Source: an uncultured Verrucomicrobiales bacterium
GTDB taxonomy: Bacteria > Verrucomicrobiota > Verrucomicrobiia > Verrucomicrobiales > DEV007
Length of the DNA: 57,768 nt
Assembly: GCA_938091905.1 (NCBI GenBank)
Contig: CALKOM010000077.1
Location: 1 to 57,768, forward strand
Direction of reading: 5' to 3'
How positions within the stretch are numbered: position 1 is the stretch's first letter; every line of letters starts with the position of its first letter. Made by a program: the position numbers and the translations under genes. Positions 1 to 9,530 of the stretch are shown here, piece after piece. The notes beneath the pieces were generated by a model. It saw only the letters and a list, made by a program, of their open reading frames with translations. It made no database searches and was not told where the DNA came from.

Positions 1-721
1 ATTCAAGATCACCTTTCATATTCGCACGGTGAGGAAGTATTTGAAGAAATGGGGATTCACGCCGCAAAAGCCAATTAAGAAGGCTTGGCAGCAAAGTGGC
101 CCCGCAGTGAAGCGGTGGTTGGAAGAAGAGTATCCAGCTATTGCAAAACAAGCTAAAAATGAGGGTGCGACGATCTATTGGGTTGATGAAGTAGGAGCGA
201 CGAATCAGGTGAACGCTCAACGGGGCTATGCGCCTAAAGGCGAAACGCCGGAACTCAAGAAGAGCGGCAAGAAATATAGAATCAACATGATCAGTGCAGT
301 GACAAACAAGGGTGAACTTCGGTTCATGTGCTACACAGCCACAATGACACAATCGAAGTTCATATTGTTTCTATCCAAGCTGGTAACGACAACCGAAGGG
401 CCTGTGATTGTAATCACGGACAACCTACCGGTACATCATGGCAAGCGGGTCAAGTCGTGGGTAGAGGAACAGCCCAATCTCAGATTTGAGTTCATTCCGG
501 GATATTCGCCAGAACTCAATGCCGATGAATATCTCAACCGCGATCTCAAGAAGAACGTAAACACCAAGCAGATGCCAAGAAATCTGGCCGAGCTAAAAGC
601 AAACGTGATCTCGTTCATGCGCAGCATCCAAAAACAGCCAGAACAGATCATGAACTATTTCAATGGTCGACATATCGCATATGCGGCATAGATCTACTTG
701 TATTTGAAGGCCGCATTAATA
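1..721 (+). mobile_element. IS630-family insertion sequence, right part
   Basis: The transposase stop is followed by TTGTATTTGAAGGCCGCATTAA-TA, an IS630-like end finishing in a TA target dinucleotide (720-721). The left end is outside the window. Confidence 0.75.
2..691 (+). CDS. IS630 family transposase, 5'-truncated by the window edge
   Basis: Open frame from base 2 (FKITFHIRTVRKYLKKWGFTPQKP). DDE motifs YWVDE, VITDN and PGYSPELNADE are typical of IS630/DDE_3. Confidence 0.92.
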   Translation, partial: FKITFHIRTVRKYLKKWGFTPQKPIKKAWQQSGPAVKRWLEEEYPAIAKQAKNEGATIYWVDEVGATNQVNAQRGYAPKGETPELKKSGKKYRINMISAVTNKGELRFMCYTATMTQSKFILFLSKLVTTTEGPVIVITDNLPVHHGKRVKSWVEEQPNLRFEFIPGYSPELNADEYLNRDLKKNVNTKQMPRNLAELKANVISFMRSIQKQPEQIMNYFNGRHIAYAA

Positions 722-739
722 TGCTGCGCGGATAAAGAG

Positions 740-958
740 ATGGATGTTCCGGAAATTATCACCTGTGTCGATTGTGGGCAGAAAGCGCACCGCCTGACTT
801 ACCCGCCTGAAGAAGGATGGCAGGATGGAGATGTGGTGGCATACCGTTGTTCGGGGTGCATGGATCGCTGGGATTTGGTGATTGGAGAGGGTGATGACAA
901 TGGTCGCGACCCACAGGCAATTTTTGATTTCAGACAATGGTTACAAGACCGTGATTGA
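740..958 (+). CDS. small zinc-ribbon-like protein (CxxC...CxxC)
   Basis: MDVPEIITCVDCGQKAHRL...AYRCSGCMDRWDLV. ATG 740 preferred because the longer ORF start lies inside the IS end. Confidence 0.7.
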   Translation: MDVPEIITCVDCGQKAHRLTYPPEEGWQDGDVVAYRCSGCMDRWDLVIGEGDDNGRDPQAIFDFRQWLQDRD

Positions 959-965
959 GGATAAA

Positions 966-1046
966 ATGATAAGTGAAGAAAACAGTGGTGAGGTCAAAAT
1001 CGTTTTGTACGATAGCGATTGTCCATTATGTACTTTTCAGATGAAG
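966..1046 (+). pseudogene. N-terminal fragment of DCC1-like (DUF393) thiol-disulfide oxidoreductase
   Basis: MISEENSGEVKIVLYDSDCPLCTFQMK contains the YDxxCxLC signature, then similarity stops abruptly. Confidence 0.65.
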
Positions 1047-1459
1047 CCTCTCACACGTCCCCTATCGATACCGTTTCCGCCATAGGTGACGGACAAGAAC
1101 CCAAGTGGTCGACAGGCAACAAGGTCCCGCGTTGGACCAGCCGACCGCAGAAAGACAAGCCGCAACAGGTGGAAGCACGTTTCCATGAAACCAAGAAGAT
1201 GCGCAACGTCGGTGTCTATTGGATGCAAGACCGTGAGGATGTTCGCTTCCCCAAAGAGTGATCTCTTGAGGTGGAGAAGGACGGCAAGTGGGAACCTTTC
1301 AAACTTTACACCACCGACCGCTACGACACCCGCGCCAATCAATACAACGTCGTCCATCCCGCTGCTCCGCTGGAGTGCGATGCCATCCGCATTCTCATGA
1401 CCCCACAGAAAGACGCCTGCATGGGGATACTTGAAGTCCAAGTGGCGTTTGAAGAGTAG
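1046..1459 (+). pseudogene. C-terminal beta-sandwich fragment resembling the tail of GH127-type glycoside hydrolases; internal TGA at 1259-1261
   Basis: ASHTSPIDTVSAIGDGQEPK..VPRWT..VGVYW..FPKE*SLEVEKDGKW..GILEV; two in-frame ORFs joined across one stop, with no N-terminus. Confidence 0.6.
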
Positions 1460-1462
1460 CCT

Positions 1463-2872
1463 ATGAAAATACTCTACTTTCTCTGCCTGAGCGCGTTGTT
1501 AGTGTATGCTGATGCGAGACCTAACATCATCTTGGTCCTCGCCGATGACCTTGGCTGGAGTGAACTCGGCTGTTATGGCAACACGTTCAACGAAACGCCC
1601 CAGCTAGACCGCCTGGCCAGCGAGGGCCTGCGCTTGACCCACGCCTACGCAGCGGCACCGGTGTGTTCGCCCTACCGGGCAGCCTTCTTGACTGGCCAGG
1701 CACCCGCGAGATTGGGTATCACCGACTACTTGCGAGCCGACGCAAGTGATGGGCTTCCGTCCAGCTTAGTGACGTTGCCAGAGGTCCTCAAATCGCATGG
1801 CTACGCCACCGGGATGATCGGCAAATGGCACCTCACCGGCTACAAACATCACGGTGCCGAGATCGAGACGCGACCGACCGACCACGGATTCGATTGGAAT
1901 ACCGGAAGCGAGGTCAAGTCCGTCGGTAATGGCGCCAACACCTGGCCCTACGTCTTCCGAACCCAGCCCATCAGCTGGATCGATCTCCCCAAGAATCGCC
2001 TAGGAGAAAAAGAATACCTCACAGACAGACTCAACCTTGAAGCTGTTGACTTCATCGAACGCCACAAGGACAAGCCCTTCTTTCTCTATCTCAGTCACTA
2101 CGCACCGCACACCATCCTCGACGGTCGCCCCGATCTCGTCGACAAGTACCGCAAGAAACACCCACCCGGAGCCTCCACACGTGACAAGTGCTATCTCTGT
2201 GAGGATGCTGGGTTGGGCAAAGGCGATCCCGGACATCACTGGGCCGGTGATCACAATCCACATTTGGCAGCGATGCTAGAATCCATCGACGATGGACTCG
2301 GCATGATCAGTGCCAAACTCAAGGAACTCAAGTTGACCGACAATACCATAGTCATCTTTTCCAGCGACAACGGAGGCGAAACAAACGTGACCTCCAATGC
2401 GCCTCTGCGCGGCGGCAAGAGTCAACTCTACGAAGGCGGCATCCGCGTGCCGCTCGTCATTCGCTGGCCTGCGCGCATTGCTAAAGGCCGCGTGACTGAC
2501 ATTCCCACGATCAACACCGATTTCTACCCAACCTTGCAAGCCGCCGCGGGCGTCCAAGCACAGCCTGGCCAAGTCCTTGACGGCATTTCCATCCTGCCCA
2601 CCTGGGAAGATCCCAAGGCGAAGCCGCAACGTGAATTCCTAGCCTGGCACTATCCTCTCGATAAACCGCACTTCCTCGGCGGCGACTCCGCTGGCGCAAT
2701 CCGATCTGGCCATTGGAAACTGATCGAGAGGTTCAACTCCGATCAGCACGAGCTTTTCCATCTGGGTGACGATCCATCCGAAGCAAAGAACGTCGCCTCA
2801 CAGAATCCCGAAACGGTTGCTCAGCTGCAAGCGAAACTCACCGCCTGGCGCAGCTCCATGGGAAAGAGATAG
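1463..2872 (+). CDS. arylsulfatase-family sulfatase, secreted
   Basis: Signal peptide, RPNIILVLADDLG, formylglycine motif CSPYR, GKWHL, SSDNG and YEGGIRVP. Confidence 0.93.
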   Translation: MKILYFLCLSALLVYADARPNIILVLADDLGWSELGCYGNTFNETPQLDRLASEGLRLTHAYAAAPVCSPYRAAFLTGQAPARLGITDYLRADASDGLPSSLVTLPEVLKSHGYATGMIGKWHLTGYKHHGAEIETRPTDHGFDWNTGSEVKSVGNGANTWPYVFRTQPISWIDLPKNRLGEKEYLTDRLNLEAVDFIERHKDKPFFLYLSHYAPHTILDGRPDLVDKYRKKHPPGASTRDKCYLCEDAGLGKGDPGHHWAGDHNPHLAAMLESIDDGLGMISAKLKELKLTDNTIVIFSSDNGGETNVTSNAPLRGGKSQLYEGGIRVPLVIRWPARIAKGRVTDIPTINTDFYPTLQAAAGVQAQPGQVLDGISILPTWEDPKAKPQREFLAWHYPLDKPHFLGGDSAGAIRSGHWKLIERFNSDQHELFHLGDDPSEAKNVASQNPETVAQLQAKLTAWRSSMGKR

Positions 2873-3058
2873 TCGAGATGAAGCGGGTGTCCTGCTCCAG
2901 TTGTTGCGCCACGACCTGGTCATCAGCGCTACTGTTAGACATACTCTGGCCGGGCACAGCTATTCGCCCGCTGAGCCAGAAGGTGCTGCCCCAGTGGGCT
3001 TCGTTGCTGTATTGATTTGCGCACCCTGAACCACCGTAAAATCAGCCTGGTGGCGCGC

Positions 3059-3087
3059 CAGCGGAGAGAGGGCTGCCGCACTCCATA
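3059..3087. repeat. REP-like palindrome arm (GGAGTGCGGCAGCCCT type on the minus strand), partner degenerate
   Basis: CAGCGGAGAGAGGGCTGCCGCACTCCA in an intergenic position. Confidence 0.45.
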
Positions 3088-3101
3088 CAGCTCTGTCTAT
3101 T

Positions 3102-3121
3102 CGACTGAAAGTCGCCGTCTA
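3102..3121 (-). repeat. degenerate copy of the GTAG-REP found at 5848 and 7628
   Basis: CGACTGAAAGTCGCCGTCTA versus CGACTGAAAGTCACCACTAC at 7631-7650. Confidence 0.6.
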
Positions 3122-3189
3122 AGAATCACCGGTTTGCAACTCGTGTATTGATGTTGTCTGACAGCGGGCAATGGTTGATGCTAAGTGGC

Positions 3190-4908
3190 ATGATTCGGCT
3201 GACGTTTCTTCCAGCATTGCTGTCGTTTGTCCTGGCTTCACAACTCGGTGCCGCTGAAGAGCCGCCGACCGCTCAGGAGTATCACAATCAAGCGCGCCGT
3301 CAGGAAGGCGACCCGACTAGGGGTGCCAAGATCTTTGCCGACGCCCGTGCGTTGTGTGCGCAATGCCACACCACCGATAGTTCCAGTAGTAGGGCCGGGC
3401 CCGATCTGCAAGCTGCTAGAGATAAGTTCTCTCGCGATGATCTCATCTAGTCTGTGTTAGAACCTTCTGCCACCATTATGATGTGCTACGCCATGACCCT
3501 GGCGGAAACTAGGGATGGAGCGGAGTATGCGGGCATTGTTCGCGATGTGACAGGGACCGATCTGGTCTTGGCCGGCGTGGGTGATGTGCGTCAGAAGATT
3601 GCTAGAGCGAGCATCAAGACTCAGAAGACGAGTAAGCTGTCATTCATGCCAAGCGGTTTGCACGCGAATCTAACGCTCTCGGAATTCACCGATCCCATGG
3701 CCTATTTGGAAAGCCTCAAGCATGCCGACACGGCGGTGACCCCTGCTGCAGGCACGCCTGCCGTCATTGCTAAGACAACGCAGCCCGTGCGTCTGCATCC
3801 CTTCCTATCCAAACCCAATCAATTTCAGCAACCCGTGTGGTTTGAAGAACACCCGCTCATTGATGATGTCTACATCTTGGTGGAACAGGAGAAAGCGCGC
3901 ATCTCGGTGATCGACAAGCGCAACGGGGAGGAATCCATCACACTACTAGTGGATTTGTTGAGAGAAGTGCACACGGCTCCCAATCAAGGCTTGTTAGTCT
4001 TCGACTTCCATCCTGATTTCGCCGCCAATCGTGCCTACTACATCATGCACGAGATCATGGATAGCAATCAGCGTGGTATGGCCATTGCTAAGCGTACGTT
4101 TGCCGATGATTTCCTAAGCGACGCCAGCCCAGAGGGCGCTTCGCAGCGCATTCTCACCATCAAAGCCACGACCGAAGTGCATCATGGCGGCGGCATTGAA
4201 TTTGGCCCCGATGGTCTGCTTTACATCGGCATGGGCGATGGCGGACCTCAAGAAGACCCGCAGGGACACGGACAGGATCTCAGCACCTTGGAAGCCAAGC
4301 TGCTGCGTATCGATGTGGACTGCCATCAAGGTGAGCTGCCCTATGCTACCCCGCCTAACAATCCCTTTGTGGGGCACACAGATCCTAAGGTTCGTCAAAA
4401 AATCTACGCCTCTGGCTTGCGCCAAGCCTGGCGTTTCAGTTTCGATCCCGAGAACCCAGATCACCTCTGGGTAGGCGATGTGGAACAGAACCGTTTTGAA
4501 GAAGTCACCATGGTGCGAGCGGGCGAGAACCACGGCTGGAATGTCTACGAAGGCTTTGAATTGTTCAAAGCCGTCCATCGGCGGGACGGCGAGACTTACA
4601 TTCCGCCCGTGGTCTCGTTTCGACGGAGCCACGGTCTCTCCATCACTGGTGGCTACGCGTATCGCGCTGAACCTGACTCAGTCTTTCACGGCGTGTACAT
4701 CTGTGGGGATTACGAATCGAAACGTCTATGGGGCATCACCCAGCGTGATCGAACGCTAGAAACCATCCTCGAGATCGCTACCAGCCCGGCCAAGGTGGTC
4801 GCCTTTGGCCGGGATCGTGAAGGTGCCCTGTATGTCATTGGTTATGACAATGGGATGATCTACAAGATGGATTTCAGCGACGCCACCTACACCGAGTTCA
4901 CAGAATAA
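3190..4908 (+). pseudogene. cytochrome c + PQQ-dependent glucose/sorbosone dehydrogenase (GSDH) fusion, interrupted by TAG at 3448-3450
   Basis: Signal peptide, GDPTRGAKIF..CAQCH..GPDL..LI*SVLEPSA, then the GSDH motifs HHGGGIEFGPDGLLYIGMGDGG and WRFSFD. Several normally conserved residues are altered (VGDVEQN, GLLVFDFHP). Confidence 0.8.
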
Positions 4909-4918
4909 GGCGCTTCTC

Positions 4919-5851
4919 ATGAAAGTTATCGTTCTCGTAGCTATGCTAGCCCTTGCTGGGTGCGGCGATTCGCCGATTCAGCATACTGTCAATGACACCT
5001 CTGCCGCCAAGAATGTCGGCCCTTTCAGTGTCGAGAGGGTGACCTCGGGGATTCATTTCAAAAAGGGGATGGACCAGAAGATCTCTATCTATGGAATCAA
5101 TGTCTACAAGCACAAAGACGCGGCGTCCTGGGCGTTCTCATACGGTGCCACGGTCCTAGCAGAATACTTGGATTCCGATGAAGACGGGCAACCCGATGAC
5201 CCAGCCGTGATCGCTGCCCTCACCAGTGTCGAACGCAAAGAAGGCGTCGCCATCCTCAATCAGCGCGGCGATATCGGATCAGGCCATTACAAAGACAGCT
5301 TCTGGGGTATCAGTCGCGTCGGTGGGCAGACCAGCTTGGATAGTGAAGGGCATTTCAAACGGCAGACCATTGAGGAATTTCATCATGCGTTCTATCACGG
5401 CCTCGAAATCGCTTATCCCAGCGTCTTTGGCACGGAGCCAGGGACGGAGCTCATGGTCGCCGTCGAACAAGCCTACGGAGACTGTGAGTTCTGTTCAGAC
5501 TGCGCGCCCGATTGCGAACACTACGACTGCGAAGGCCCCGGCGATTGCACCTTCGTGGCCGGCAGTTGCGGCGGAGCCTCACATTACGCTGAGCCCGGCT
5601 GTGGACCAGAAGGATGCCTCGCCGCCGAGAACTTCTACTTGGCCTGGACCAGTCTCTACGGCTTACAGATCGACTACTGCGCCAGTCTCGCCAGCGAATG
5701 GGAGCCCTGCTCTCCGGAAGCCATGATGACTGATCCCCGAGTCGAAATGCTCTACCTGTTAGTGTCCGGGCAATCCGACTCAGCCGTGGAGTTCGGTTAC
5801 GTACTCCCCTCAGCAGCCCCCGATGGCCACTATGAAATATCCGCCCCGTAG
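4919..5851 (+). CDS. Cys-rich lipoprotein with EExxH motif, possible zinc metallopeptidase-like fold
   Basis: Lipobox LAGC, LDSDEDGQPDD loop, EEFHH, nine Cys encoded in 5483-5617. Confidence 0.65.
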   Translation: MKVIVLVAMLALAGCGDSPIQHTVNDTSAAKNVGPFSVERVTSGIHFKKGMDQKISIYGINVYKHKDAASWAFSYGATVLAEYLDSDEDGQPDDPAVIAALTSVERKEGVAILNQRGDIGSGHYKDSFWGISRVGGQTSLDSEGHFKRQTIEEFHHAFYHGLEIAYPSVFGTEPGTELMVAVEQAYGDCEFCSDCAPDCEHYDCEGPGDCTFVAGSCGGASHYAEPGCGPEGCLAAENFYLAWTSLYGLQIDYCASLASEWEPCSPEAMMTDPRVEMLYLLVSGQSDSAVEFGYVLPSAAPDGHYEISAP

Positions 5852-5870
5852 TGGTGACTTTCAGTCGCCA
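5848..5870 (+). repeat. GTAG-family REP element
   Basis: GTAG-TGGTGAC-TTTCA-GTCGCCA hairpin; exact reverse complement of 7628-7650. Confidence 0.85.
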
Positions 5871-5912
5871 ACGATCGTAATCTATCCTACCAATTAGCCC
5901 CACGTTGATACC

Positions 5913-7579
5913 ATGAAGGCATCAGATCTCTTAACCCTACTTTGCTTTGCCGTGACTGGTTTGACCGCACAAGACAGAGCGATCCACTCCAAGAACATCT
6001 CGCGCCTCCCCATGTGATCATTGAGCATGCAGACGGAGCCCAACTCCAGGATAGCCAACGTCAGGCGGTGCAATCCGCCGTGCAGCGAATGCAGCTTGCA
6101 ACCGAGAAGACTCACATTGAACGCAAAGAAGCAATCGAGTCCCTGCGAGAAACCTTGCAGGATGAGGCGCTCCGTGAGGAACAGGCGCTCCGTGATCTCG
6201 AAGACGTACTCAAGGCAGAACGCGCGGTGAAACAGAACCATCTTCGGATGTTGATTCAGGCTAACAAAGCTCTTACTCCACAACAAGGCAAAGCGCTCCT
6301 CGCGGCCTGGCACAAGCAGCGTGCTCAGAAACAGGCCGGACAAGATCAAGGTCCGGTCCAACCAGAGCCTCCCACTTCTTGGCTTTCAAAGAACGATCTC
6401 AAAGCGCAGGTTGCCGAGATGCGGGTGGAAGAAGTCGCTTGGCGCAAGATCGCGTGGAAGACCTGCTTGCTCGACGGCCTCAACGCCTCACGTAACGAGA
6501 AGAAGCCCGTGATCCTCTGGGTCTTCATTGATCGCCCTGTCGATGATAAACGTTGCTGAGTGTTTGCCGGTGCCGCCCGTCAGACGGTGTTCTCCAACCC
6601 TGAGGTCATTGATAGAATCCAGAAAGATTACATCCCGGTCGCGCTCAAAGCCGGCGATGTCGCCCGTGGGGGATCCGGAGTGGAGGGCAAACTCTATCAG
6701 GAGCTCAAACGCACCATGCCTCAGCCTCAGGGGATCGGCACCTTGAACTCTGCGGGACGTGTCTTATCCTGGTCGCTCATGTTCGAAAGCCAGGCACAAG
6801 TGATCGGCTTTCTCGATCACGTGGGAGAACGTTATCGAGAAACTCCCGACCATTCCAAACCCGTTCCGGCAGAGCGCTTCATGCGTTTCCCCAATCAGAA
6901 ACTGCCGACGCTCGAAGACCCTGGCACCACCTTTGACATTCCCCATGAGCATGCGGACGGCGAGAAGTGTTCGGGCGAACCACGCCGAGTAAAAGGAGCC
7001 CTCTTAACCAAAGTCATCGGCCGCGCTCTCGAGGACAAGGGCGATCCGAGATCCGATGCGCGCATCCAGGACAACTACATTGAAGATCAGTTCGAAATCA
7101 CGCCAACGATGTTGAGGGCCTTGGCGGCGGCACAGAATGCGGCCAAGAACAAGCCGTTCCCCTTACCAGACGTCCTGAGCCGAACCATCGTGAGCAACGC
7201 CTACCTCGGCATCCTCGACGTGAAACCGCTAGAGCCGGTGCAGTCAGGTGCCGAAGAGGTGATGAACGATATCCATCTGTGGGCCGAGCCTTCCTCAGAG
7301 AACGGGTTGCGCGTGTGGGGTCATTCGAAAGTCCATGGCAAACGCGAGCGCAACAACAACGGGAAAGGACCTCGTTGGGAACACGAAATCGTGTTACAAT
7401 GGCAGGGCCACCTCAATCCGAAAGCCGGGGCCGTCGCCTTGATCACCGAGGGTCAGGAACAACTACACTACGACAATAGCCGAACAGATACCGAGGAAGA
7501 GGCCGTGGCCTTCCTTCCCGCTGGCCGACCGTTGGATTTCGATGGAAAGGTTCGCTACGGCATGCGCGCAGGATTCTAG
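5913..7579 (+). CDS. putative secreted selenoprotein: Spy/CpxP-like helical domain + SELENON-like thioredoxin fold, Cys-Sec (TGA 6557-6559); 1-nt frameshift near 5960-5980 (may be a pseudogene)
   Basis: ORFs 5942-6559 and 6560-7579 are in frame and read KKPVILWVFIDRPVDDKRC*VFAGAARQTVFSNPEVIDRIQKDYIPV. The signal peptide MKASDLLTLLCFAVTGLTAQD from ATG 5913 is in another frame. Confidence 0.7.
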
Positions 7580-7627
7580 CACATACTTTAGGATTACTGA
7601 TAGTCTTCTGTATGCGAAGTAATTCGA

Positions 7628-7650
7628 TGGCGACTGAAAGTCACCACTAC
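7628..7650 (-). repeat. GTAG-family REP element
   Basis: TGGCGACTGAAAGTCACCACTAC, a 23/23 inverted match to 5848-5870. Confidence 0.85.
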
Positions 7651-7655
7651 CACCA

Positions 7656-9425
7656 TCATTTAGCCAAGGCAAACTGTTCCCGTATCCACGCCATCTTCGC
7701 CTCTACGTGCTCGGGCGGCGTGCTGTGGCCAGCTTCGGGATACAAACGGTACGCTTTCGGACTACGGAGCTGGTTGTAGGCGGCGAAGGCGGTGGGCGCT
7801 GGGGTCGCTGTGTCTTGCAAGCCGACGCCCATCAGGACAGGGCATTCGATCCATCCTGCGAGGTTCTTTGGATCAATGTAACTGAAGGTGGCGCTTGCGA
7901 TTTCCCAGGTGTTCTTGGGATCTCTGCCTAACCAGTGCCTAATGACCGACCCTGGCCACTTGGTCATTTCAAAGCCCTTCATCGAGTCGGCCACGAAGGG
8001 GATATCGGGCGCGCAAAGGGCGATGCGTTTGTCGAGCGCTGCGGTCGTGAAGGAGAGCATCCCGCCCTGGCTGCCTCCCGTGATACCGATGCGTTTGGTG
8101 TCGATCTCAGGTCGTGACGCCACGAAATCAACCCCGCGCAGGCAATCCATGATGGCGCCGCGGTAGAAAAACTTCTGAGGATCGTCTAGCCCACGCAGGA
8201 GATAGTCGCCCGGCCCCCACCATTCATAGGCGGGTTCGTCGTCGGTGCTGTTGCCGTGGCCTCGGATGTTGAGCGAGAGCACGGCCATGTTGGGAATTGA
8301 TTGCGCGGGCTTCATCCCCTGGGTGTAGCCTGGCACTCTCAGCAACACAGGATGTGGCCCGGCAGACTTCGGCACCTCGAACCACGCGCGAATCCGGACA
8401 TCACCGAGGCTGCGCATTTCCACGAGGAAGCAATCCGTGTGCGCGGTGCTCCACTCCGGGCTCGGCGCGACGTTGTATTGCGGTGCGACGGTGGCGAGCT
8501 CTGCGATCGTTTGATCCCAGAACGCGCGCAGATCTTTGGGAGCATCGGTAGGGCGATCGATCTTCTCCGGAGCATAACCGCGCATCCGCGATTGCGAAAT
8601 AGGTGTCTTTTCGCCGTCGCGTGCGAGAGTGCAAGTAACTTGGAAGAATCCAGCAGCGAGAGGCTCGAATGTTAGGGTTTCATTGTGCGAATTCCCAGCA
8701 GAGAGCGTTAAGGGCTTGGAAACATCGGCGAAGGAGTCTCGTTGGTCGATCCGCCAGGTGTCGCTCCCGACCTGCCACCGGACAGTACCTTTGATAGTCT
8801 CAAATGCCGTGTTGCGTATCGTTGCGGACAGATCCATCGGCGATCCGGCCGGGTAGATTCCATCGGCGTGGCCATGGTCAATATCGACCGTAACGAAATC
8901 ATGCCACACAGGGGCGGACAACGTTGGCGTCCCCTGGTACATTCCCCCATCCCCATCACTATCAAACACGCGCACGGCGATCACGTTCTCTGCATCCCAG
9001 CGGATGTGTTTGGCAGGCACCTCGTAGCGCCGGATCGTTTTGTAATGGCCCTTGGTATCGTCGGGTGCCGAGCCGGTCCGCCCCACCTCCACACCATTGA
9101 AATAAGTCACATCAACATCGTCCACCGCTCCTAGAAATAACGTCAGTCTCTGGAAATGCTCGAAGTAGGCACTCTCGCTCGCCACCTTCGGCATGTCAAC
9201 GCGCAGGCGATACCAGCCGTAACCGTCGTAGCCCTCATGACCTGCCTTCTCCCACGGCTTGCCGACTTCGATCGGCTTCCAGGCCGAATCATCGAACTCC
9301 GGTTTAGCCCAGGTAACATCGTCACCCGTGATGAAGCGCCATCCTTGCGAAAGGTCGAGAGCCTGGCTAGTTGTCGGGAGCCAGGCCAGCGCTAAGAGTA
9401 GGGTGAGGGAAATTCGGACGAACAT
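7656..9425 (-). CDS. acetyl xylan esterase (CE7/AXE1 type) with N-terminal GH2-like sugar-binding domain
   Basis: Signal peptide; WRF..GD..W...[26 protein letters not shown] domain; esterase motifs GGSQGG, GLQD and PEAGH. Start placed at ATG 9425. Confidence 0.88.
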   Translation of the reverse strand: MFVRISLTLLLALAWLPTTSQALDLSQGWRFITGDDVTWAKPEFDDSAWKPIEVGKPWEKAGHEGYDGYGWYRLRVDMPKVASESAYFEHFQRLTLFLGAVDDVDVTYFNGVEVGRTGSAPDDTKGHYKTIRRYEVPAKHIRWDAENVIAVRVFDSDGDGGMYQGTPTLSAPVWHDFVTVDIDHGHADGIYPAGSPMDLSATIRNTAFETIKGTVRWQVGSDTWRIDQRDSFADVSKPLTLSAGNSHNETLTFEPLAAGFFQVTCTLARDGEKTPISQSRMRGYAPEKIDRPTDAPKDLRAFWDQTIAELATVAPQYNVAPSPEWSTAHTDCFLVEMRSLGDVRIRAWFEVPKSAGPHPVLLRVPGYTQGMKPAQSIPNMAVLSLNIRGHGNSTDDEPAYEWWGPGDYLLRGLDDPQKFFYRGAIMDCLRGVDFVASRPEIDTKRIGITGGSQGGMLSFTTAALDKRIALCAPDIPFVADSMKGFEMTKWPGSVIRHWLGRDPKNTWEIASATFSYIDPKNLAGWIECPVLMGVGLQDTATPAPTAFAAYNQLRSPKAYRLYPEAGHSTPPEHVEAKMAWIREQFALAK

Positions 9426-9530
9426 GGCGCGACCATAGAACACTTGCCGTTCCACGCAAAGCCAACCCTGAGCCTAAGAGAGTGGAGCTCCGTCATTGCC
9501 TGCCAACTCCCGATCGCGTTCAATGGCGTG

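Noticed and set aside
3448..3450. Pyrrolysine readthrough of TAG
   Set aside because: No pyl genes in the window, not a methylamine methyltransferase, and surrounding motifs are decayed.
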